From the IMG/VR virus record IMGVR_UViG_3300021476_000020, positions 1 through 31,487 of that record: a DNA stretch of 31,487 bases; one strand, written 5' to 3'. This document shows, one piece after another, positions 25,393-31,487 of this stretch (the stretch's first letter is position 1; every line of letters starts with the position of its first letter). Source of the stretch: a virus (taxonomy: Duplodnaviria > Caudoviricetes). The notes below the pieces were generated by a model that was not told where the DNA came from, searched no databases, and saw nothing but the letters and a program-made list of their open reading frames with translations. The position numbers were made by a program, and so were the translations under genes.

Positions 25393-26057
25393 TGGCTAAA
25401 GAATGGGCGTGGAGCTATTCCAAAAAGAAAAACTTTGATACTTGCCCCAAGCGGCATTACGAGGTGGACATACAAAAGAATTTCGTCGAGGACAGCGAAC
25501 AGCTAACGTGGGGTAACAGTGTTCACGCGGCACTCGCCAATGCCTGTACGGGGAAGCTTCCTTTGCCCGCCACTATGTCGGAATATCAGCCATGGGTGGA
25601 GCGTGTTCAAGGTGGTGCCGGTACATTGCTGGTCGAGCAGAAACTGGCGATTACGCGGGATTTTCAACCTTGTGAATGGTTCAGTCATAAAACATGGTTG
25701 CGCGTAGTAGTTGATATCTTGCGCATAGACGACATAGTTGCGCGTGCAATAGACTGGAAAACAGGCAAAATGGTGCATGATAGCATCCAACTGGCGCTCA
25801 ATGCGCAATGTATCTTTTCGCACTATCCGAAGGTGCGCCGGATCAAGACTGAGTATGTGTGGCTACAAGAGGCGTGTACGACGCCTGAGGTATTCAACCG
25901 CGGCGATATGGCGCGACTGTGGACCGGCCTTCTACCGGAAATCAACGCGATGGAACAAGCCGCAAAAACCTTGACGTATCCACCAAAACCCGGTAAATTA
26001 TGTTTCAAGTGGTGTCCAGTTAGCAGTTGTCCCTTTCACGGCAAAAGCAACCGATGA
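25392..26057 (+). CDS. PD-(D/E)XK Cas4/RecB-like exonuclease
   Basis: WSYS...CPKR, GNSVH, E...D...IDWKTGK, QL, and C-terminal C..CP...C cluster. Confidence 0.85.
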   Translation: MAKEWAWSYSKKKNFDTCPKRHYEVDIQKNFVEDSEQLTWGNSVHAALANACTGKLPLPATMSEYQPWVERVQGGAGTLLVEQKLAITRDFQPCEWFSHKTWLRVVVDILRIDDIVARAIDWKTGKMVHDSIQLALNAQCIFSHYPKVRRIKTEYVWLQEACTTPEVFNRGDMARLWTGLLPEINAMEQAAKTLTYPPKPGKLCFKWCPVSSCPFHGKSNR

Positions 26058-26818
26058 ACAAGATACTCATATGCGGGAAAACGGGGTCGGGAAAGACAAC
26101 GTTGGCGCGGGAGCTATCCCGGCTGTTGGCGGCGACAGTCTTTGACGGCGACGACATACGAAACGCCTACCCTAATCCGCTAGGGTTTGAGCACGAAGAT
26201 CGCTTGTTGCACGCAGAGTTCATGGGAAAACTCTGTGACGCGGTTGTTACCGCCGGCGGTAACGTGATCGCTTCTTTTATATGTCCGACCGAGGCTACTC
26301 GTCTGTTGTTCGATAAAGGACCACGTAAGGCGTTCGTTGTGTGGATAGATCGCCGAGGCGACGGTGAGTATCCTGACAGCGACAAACTCTGGCAATCCCC
26401 GTCGCATTACGATATGCACGTAACACAGCACGGTGCTCCTATTTACTGGGCCAACAGAATTTATGAAGCTCTCATTCCCGCGTTCAATCCGATGACGCCT
26501 ACGGGATTGTTCATTGGCCGGTATCAGCCTTTCCATGAGGGCCATAAAAAGCTGATCGAGGAAGGTCTCAAGAAATATCTTCAAGTGTGCATTGGGGTGC
26601 GTGACACTTCTCCGTCGTTCCCGTTTTATGCGGTCAAACAGCGGATCGAGATTGCATTGAATGCATACTGGGGTAGGTTCACGGTAATCCCGCTCCCAAA
26701 TATCATCAGCGTTCTGCATGGACGTGACGTGGGTTGGAAGGTGGAACACATCGACCTGGATGCCGACACAAAGGCGATATCGGCTACACAAATTAGGCGC
26801 GACGCGGCGATGTCATAG
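26054..26818 (+). CDS. Adenylylsulfate-kinase-like domain fused to a HIGH-type nucleotidyltransferase
   Basis: GKTGSGKTT, DGDDIR, LGFEHEDR, SFICP (CysC-like); GRYQPFHEGH and ISATQIR (cytidylyltransferase-like). Confidence 0.82.
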   Translation: MNKILICGKTGSGKTTLARELSRLLAATVFDGDDIRNAYPNPLGFEHEDRLLHAEFMGKLCDAVVTAGGNVIASFICPTEATRLLFDKGPRKAFVVWIDRRGDGEYPDSDKLWQSPSHYDMHVTQHGAPIYWANRIYEALIPAFNPMTPTGLFIGRYQPFHEGHKKLIEEGLKKYLQVCIGVRDTSPSFPFYAVKQRIEIALNAYWGRFTVIPLPNIISVLHGRDVGWKVEHIDLDADTKAISATQIRRDAAMS

Positions 26819-26828
26819 GGGACATTCC

Positions 26829-27116
26829 ATGGTCGTGATGACAATAAAAGAATTCGAAACCGCACTTCACAATGCCCCAGTGGGCGGAAAAATTCTGTAC
26901 TACACTGGGCTGTTGATATTGGATCGTGAAGTAGGCCGCCAATTTGCCGCTATCCATGCCATTGGCACAGCAGCGTGGGAAGCGTATAAAGCCGGCAAGG
27001 TAACACTGGTGCAGAAATCGCTCCCATGTTTTGGTGCTGAGTATTATGCTGTGAAACTTTCGGGGAAACGAAATGACCGAACCTCCGCGCGTAAACCCTT
27101 ATCACTTCGCTGGTAA
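26829..27116 (+). CDS. Hypothetical protein
   Basis: AGGGG RBS; co-oriented within the operon. Confidence 0.65.
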   Translation: MVVMTIKEFETALHNAPVGGKILYYTGLLILDREVGRQFAAIHAIGTAAWEAYKAGKVTLVQKSLPCFGAEYYAVKLSGKRNDRTSARKPLSLRW

Positions 27117-27318
27117 GTGGTATTGGTACGACGAGACCTATGACATTCATGGGCCATATAAGTCGCAGCATCTCGCCTTAACAGACCTGCTCAAGTACAT
27201 GTACTGGCTGGACCACGGGCCAACGGTCTGGCAGCGAATATGGTGGCCGATCCGAAGGTTTCTCAAGGACGAGAGCACCATATTCCTCACACGGCGAGAC
27301 AACCGCCATGACCCCTGA
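27073..27318 (+). CDS. Hypothetical protein
   Basis: WYWYDET...HGPY segment; overlaps both neighbours. Confidence 0.6.
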   Translation: MTEPPRVNPYHFAGKWYWYDETYDIHGPYKSQHLALTDLLKYMYWLDHGPTVWQRIWWPIRRFLKDESTIFLTRRDNRHDP

Positions 27319-27607
27319 GGGTAAAATAAAAGCAATGGTAAAGCGCGGGCTGGATAAACTTCCCCGCGTTTATCGCTTCATGCCGGTGCAAAACGGGATG
27401 GGTGCGCCTGGATTGGATTTTTTTCTATGCATCAATGGTGTATTTGTGGCCATTGAAACCAAGGCACCGGGAAAGAAACTCACCCCCCGACAGGAAACCA
27501 CCATGCAGGAAATTTGCGCCGCCGGTGGATTTGCATTTATGATCGATAGCCAAGAGCGCTGTGATGCGGTTATGGTTCTATTGAGCTATCTATGCCAATC
27601 ATCGTAA
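27308..27607 (+). CDS. VRR-NUC domain nuclease
   Basis: PEGKIK...GAPGLDF...FVAIETKAPGKKLTPRQ. Confidence 0.88.
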   Translation: MTPEGKIKAMVKRGLDKLPRVYRFMPVQNGMGAPGLDFFLCINGVFVAIETKAPGKKLTPRQETTMQEICAAGGFAFMIDSQERCDAVMVLLSYLCQSS

Positions 27608-29136
27608 GCCAGAAGAACCAAGCGCTGGTCGTACCTCCGCACCCCGGCGTGCTCTCCATGTTCCCGAATGAACCGATGTTACCAGACGGTAACAAGGTGA
27701 TCCATCACGGGATGAGCGAGACGTTGTTACTGCGACACCTGGGGTTTCCGGTTCCCAACCCGATGCGGCTGTATTACGACTGGCGCAAGGGAAAACCGTT
27801 CGCCGTACAGGAGAAGACCTGTGAAATGCTCACTGAAAATCCGCGCGCATATGTGCTCAATCACATGGGGACAGGTAAAACTAAGGCTGCTCTGTGGGCA
27901 TGGGATTATCTTAATTCTGCTGGTCTCGCCAAAAAACTGTTGGTGGTGGCACCGCTCTCGACTCTCAACTTCGTCTGGGCACGCGAGGTATTCGTCACAC
28001 TTCCTGGCCGCACTTGTCAGGTTCTGCATGGATCGAAGCAAGATCGACTGGACCGCCTGGGAATTGATGCTGACATATACGTTATCAACCACGATGGTCT
28101 CAAAGTCATCCAATCCGAACTCCAAGCGCGGGCTGATATCGACACCCTTGTTTTGGACGAACTCGCCGTATACCGAAATAATTCGGACCGGTCTAAAAAA
28201 ATGCGGAAGTTTGCGGCGCGTTTTCCTATCGTATGGGGTATGACCGGCGCTCCGATGCCAAACGAGCCTACCGACGTGTGGGCACAGTGCCGTATTATCA
28301 CTCCCAATCGTGTACCGGAATTTCGCAATCGCACGCGCGACATGCTGATGAATAAGGTCTCACAATACGTATGGCGACCAAAGCCTGATGCTGTAGACAA
28401 AGCATTCCAGATGATGCAGCCGAGCGTGAGATATTCTCTTGACGACGTAGTGGAATTGCCTCCGTTGATATCCCGCACAATCGATGTACCGCTGACGCCC
28501 GAGGCTGAGGTAGTCTACAAACGAGTATCTACCGCCATGAAGGCGATGGTAAAGGACAAGACGATCAACGCCCAAAACGCCGGGGCGGCGATGAATAAAC
28601 TCTTACAGATTGCGGGCGGATGGGTCTATACCCGGCGACCGGAGTTTGTCCGTCTTGATCCAACCCCGCGCATACTTGCTTTAACAGATTTGATATTAAG
28701 CGCCGAGCACAAGGTTCTGGTAGCCATTCCGTACCGGCATATTATCGAGGGGATTAGCAAAATCTTCAATATGAAGGAAGTTGGGATCGACCATGCCGTG
28801 GTGCATGGAGATACACCTGATCGCGACAAGATTTTTAACCTGTTTCAGAATACCGACAAACATCGAGTGCTGCTCGTACACCCACAATGTGTAGCGCATG
28901 GCGTGACGCTTACCGCTGCCGATACTACGATTTGGTATTTACCAATTACTTCATTGGATATTTACGATCAATTCAATGCGCGCTTCCGGCGCGTGGGACA
29001 ACAGCACAAACAACAGCTTTTGCACTTGCAAGCCACGCCAATAGAGCGTAAGACCTATCGCATGTTGCGAGAGCATCAAAAGTTACAAAATGCTTTCCTC
29101 CAACTTGTAGAGGATGCAACAGGAGACACACCGTGA
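27592..29136 (+). CDS. SNF2-like (SF2) helicase
   Basis: MGTGKT, VVAP, LVLDE, MTGAP, HGVTLT, QFNARFRRVGQ. Confidence 0.9.
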   Translation: MPIIVSQKNQALVVPPHPGVLSMFPNEPMLPDGNKVIHHGMSETLLLRHLGFPVPNPMRLYYDWRKGKPFAVQEKTCEMLTENPRAYVLNHMGTGKTKAALWAWDYLNSAGLAKKLLVVAPLSTLNFVWAREVFVTLPGRTCQVLHGSKQDRLDRLGIDADIYVINHDGLKVIQSELQARADIDTLVLDELAVYRNNSDRSKKMRKFAARFPIVWGMTGAPMPNEPTDVWAQCRIITPNRVPEFRNRTRDMLMNKVSQYVWRPKPDAVDKAFQMMQPSVRYSLDDVVELPPLISRTIDVPLTPEAEVVYKRVSTAMKAMVKDKTINAQNAGAAMNKLLQIAGGWVYTRRPEFVRLDPTPRILALTDLILSAEHKVLVAIPYRHIIEGISKIFNMKEVGIDHAVVHGDTPDRDKIFNLFQNTDKHRVLLVHPQCVAHGVTLTAADTTIWYLPITSLDIYDQFNARFRRVGQQHKQQLLHLQATPIERKTYRMLREHQKLQNAFLQLVEDATGDTP

Positions 29137-29540
29137 TGGACGATATGAACAAGCGGACCGCGCAATATGTCCAGGTTCGGGACGCTCTCAAACGTCTTGC
29201 CGAAGAATACGACGCAAAAAAGAAGCCGCTTCAAGACCTGCTTGATAGGCTTGAGGGGAAAATTTCATCTTTTCTTGACGCTAATGGAGTAGATAGTATC
29301 AAGACAGAAAGTGGGACAGCGTATCGCTCGACGCGGTATAGCGCTTCACTGGCGGACCCCGACGCCTTTATGAGATATGTAGTTGACAACCAGCAATTCG
29401 ACCTGCTCGACCGGCGTGCAAACGTAACGGCAGTGAAGGCGTTCGTTAAAAAGAACAACGCGCTTCCCCCTGGCGTTAACATGAGCGCCACGCAAACCCT
29501 CGGAGTGCGACGCGGGGGAGCCAAAGAGAAGGACGAATAA
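29133..29540 (+). CDS. Phage coiled-coil protein of the replication/recombination module
   Basis: AGGAG RBS; SIKTESGTAY...LPPGVN. Confidence 0.7.
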   Translation: MMDDMNKRTAQYVQVRDALKRLAEEYDAKKKPLQDLLDRLEGKISSFLDANGVDSIKTESGTAYRSTRYSASLADPDAFMRYVVDNQQFDLLDRRANVTAVKAFVKKNNALPPGVNMSATQTLGVRRGGAKEKDE

Positions 29541-29586
29541 TTACCGTCGCGGTAACAGCCTATGCAGAACAGACTAGGAGATACCA

Positions 29587-30726
29587 ATGGGCCAAGAAGT
29601 TGCAATACCGGACTGGGCAAAAGCCGGTCCGTCTCCGGCATTTGCATCACTTAATCCGCAAGACGATAACCTGTCAGAAGGTATCGGCCAGTCGTATCCG
29701 GTAATCGGATACAAGGGTAAGGTGTGGTCGCTGCGGCACCGCGGCGAACGTCACAACTTTATTCGTCTCGACGATGGTTCGCCGTCTAGCTACATCGATG
29801 TGGTGATCCTCGGACAAGCGAAACAAAAGTCGAAGTCTTTTTATAAGAAATTCGATCCGAACACATCGGAAGGTGACCGTCCTATCTGCGCATCTCTTGA
29901 TGGGATCAAGCCAGACGCGGACGTGGCTCAAAAACAGTGCGATAACTGTGCCCTGTGCCCGCGCAACGAATGGAAAACCGATCCGGTGACCGGCCGAAAA
30001 GGCCGCGAATGTACGGATTACAAGCGCCTTGCGGTTCTCATTCTGCCGACCCAGACTAAGGCGATCCTCGGGGAGCCGCTTTTGGAGCCTTGTTTCCTTC
30101 GTGTACCGCCAGCTTCGTTGAATTCTCTGGCGGTCATGGGAGATAACATGGCGGCTCAAGGGTTACATTTTTCAACGTATATTACCCGGATCAAGTTCGA
30201 TCCGAACGAAGCGCACCCGAAGATGATTTTTACGCCGCTGCAAGGTCTCACCGAGAAAGAAGCGCCTATCATTCTGAAGATGCGACAAGACCCTACGGTG
30301 GGGCGGATTACTGGCGGCGATATATCCATAGGTGGAGTATCGACCCTCACGGCCGCCCCTTCCATGCCCGCTTTATCTCAGCAAGTGGCCCCGACAGGTG
30401 GACCTGGGATTGGGATGGTGATCGAAGGATCAGTTTTACAGACGCAGGTTACCGTCTCAGCGCCCAAGGCATCTGCCCCGCCTGCTACACCAAATGGCAG
30501 TACATCCACCCCAATTTTACAGGTGGGATCAAGTGTACCGAACAAGGAACCGGGGAGCGTCGATACAGGTTTTGGTGGTGTGCAAAGTGCGCCCCCGGTC
30601 AGTACCAACTTACCTTCGGTTGTGGCAGCGCCGGCCCCAACCCCTTCTGTCTCTGATGCGGGAGCGCCAGAGGCAAGCGATGATGATCTAGATGCACGGA
30701 TTGCAAACTTGATCAAGACCTCGTAA
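29587..30726 (+). CDS. Putative ssDNA-binding/annealing protein
   Basis: AGGAG RBS; PICAS..G..PD, CDNC..CP.N, RECT, LRVPPASL; Pro/Ala linker; acidic C-terminus; lies between helicase and primase. Confidence 0.6.
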   Translation: MGQEVAIPDWAKAGPSPAFASLNPQDDNLSEGIGQSYPVIGYKGKVWSLRHRGERHNFIRLDDGSPSSYIDVVILGQAKQKSKSFYKKFDPNTSEGDRPICASLDGIKPDADVAQKQCDNCALCPRNEWKTDPVTGRKGRECTDYKRLAVLILPTQTKAILGEPLLEPCFLRVPPASLNSLAVMGDNMAAQGLHFSTYITRIKFDPNEAHPKMIFTPLQGLTEKEAPIILKMRQDPTVGRITGGDISIGGVSTLTAAPSMPALSQQVAPTGGPGIGMVIEGSVLQTQVTVSAPKASAPPATPNGSTSTPILQVGSSVPNKEPGSVDTGFGGVQSAPPVSTNLPSVVAAPAPTPSVSDAGAPEASDDDLDARIANLIKTS

Positions 30727-30735
30727 AGGTCTTAA

Positions 30736-31487
30736 ATGTCTACCCCATTTGAGTTCATGTCGCGCGTGGTGGCGTGGCCAGGACCTGACGGTCCTGGCTA
30801 CGTTAACATTCATTGGCTTGCTCCTGATATCAAAGCTATGCCGGGCCGTGCGTTCAAAGACCTCAAAAAAGCGATGGACTTTGTTCAATGGGCGACGGTC
30901 CATCACGAACGTATTCCTGACATATATTTTTGTCTCAGCACACAGGCCCTACCTGGTGGTTTATCGAAATCGGGGTATTTGAAGGCTTCGCGCGGTGTAG
31001 TAGGCGCGAGAGAACTGAAAGCGATCTGGGTGGACGTAGACGGCAACAAACCGAACCATCCTGAGAAGGGCTACCCCACAAAAGACGCCGCGCTCGTAGC
31101 AATCTTTGAATTTGTGCAAGCCAGCGGCATCGCGCCGCCAACTGCGCTCGTAGATAGCGGCAACGGGTTTCACGTCTACTGGATCAGCGACACACCGCTC
31201 ACAGTGGCCGAGTGGCGGAAGTATGCCGAGGGCCTGTCTGCTCTCGCAAAGAAACACGGCCTTATCCATGATCCGGTTACGACCGACGCTGCACGGGTAC
31301 TCCGCGTCCCTGGTACATTCAACCGCAAAGATAAAACCAGCCCTAAGCCTGTTGTTCTGAAAGCGTTATCAGGCCACGATTTGAATTTCCCGGTTGATCT
31401 AGCTCTATTGCCACCGCTGGCCGCGTCGATTACCGCCGCGGTAACAACACAAGCGGCGGCCCCGTTCGATCTGAGCGCGTTTAAAGG
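30736..31487 (+). CDS. AEP/RepB-like DNA primase, truncated by the window end
   Basis: Not in the track. From ATG 30736: IYFC, KAIWVDVD (DxD), VDSGNGFHVYW, DAARVLRVPGTFN. Confidence 0.88.
   Translation, partial: MSTPFEFMSRVVAWPGPDGPGYVNIHWLAPDIKAMPGRAFKDLKKAMDFVQWATVHHERIPDIYFCLSTQALPGGLSKSGYLKASRGVVGARELKAIWVDVDGNKPNHPEKGYPTKDAALVAIFEFVQASGIAPPTALVDSGNGFHVYWISDTPLTVAEWRKYAEGLSALAKKHGLIHDPVTTDAARVLRVPGTFNRKDKTSPKPVVLKALSGHDLNFPVDLALLPPLAASITAAVTTQAAAPFDLSAFK

Larger units (their letters stand above)
11355..26812. repeat. Dispersed asymmetric 17-bp motif GGCGCGAYSCGGCGAGG
   Basis: 11355-11371 (-), 12136, 14664, 18024, 26796 (one mismatch) and 16067 (three mismatches); each oriented with local transcription. 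Confidence 0.8.
3670..31444. repeat. Dispersed 15-bp palindrome TTACCG-N3-CGGTAA (~12 copies)
   Basis: Exact at 3670, 9599, 14709, 18041, 23578, 25010, 29541 and 31430; one mismatch at 12192, 16090 and 20637; N4 variant at 26247. Confidence 0.9.

Noticed and set aside
25392-26057. Cas4-like nuclease as part of a CRISPR-Cas locus
   Set aside because: No other cas genes or array; stand-alone Cas4-like exonucleases are normal in phage replication modules.
1-31487. tRNA/rRNA genes, integrase, IS elements, DGR, major capsid or endolysin genes
   Set aside because: None recognised by eye in this window; lifestyle cannot be determined from it.

Overview
This 31.5 kb window is part of a tailed dsDNA bacteriophage (Caudoviricetes). 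An alphaproteobacterial host is inferred from a CtrA-like DNA-binding domain, CtrA-box-like sites and AAAGGA-type ribosome-binding sites. The left part holds two paralogous collagen-like genes and the portal on the minus strand, a divergent terminase operon (TerS candidate, metallophosphoesterase, TerL), and a leftward block with a CtrA-like regulator and a trypsin-like protease. An AT-rich ~0.9 kb non-coding hub at 11.3-12.2 kb carries a 70-bp inverted repeat, IHF-consensus sites and short direct repeats. The rightward early/replication arm encodes many small ORFs, a Zn-ribbon + RNAP alpha-CTD protein, a MoxR-like AAA ATPase + VWA/metallopeptidase pair, a family A DNA polymerase, GalE, DUF4406, a dATP/dGTP diphosphohydrolase-like protein, a Cas4-like nuclease, an APS-kinase/nucleotidyltransferase fusion, VRR-NUC, an SNF2 helicase, a putative ssDNA-binding protein and an AEP primase (truncated). 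The most striking unexplained signal is a layer of dispersed cis-elements. A 15-bp palindrome TTACCG-N3-CGGTAA occurs about 12 times, mostly at gene starts, and a 17-bp asymmetric motif often precedes it. CtrA-box-like arrays lie upstream of the leftward genes, and a pseudoknot-forming hairpin has a loop complementary to the AAAGGATCA start-associated sequence of early genes. All protein calls come from motif recognition by eye; no database searches were run.
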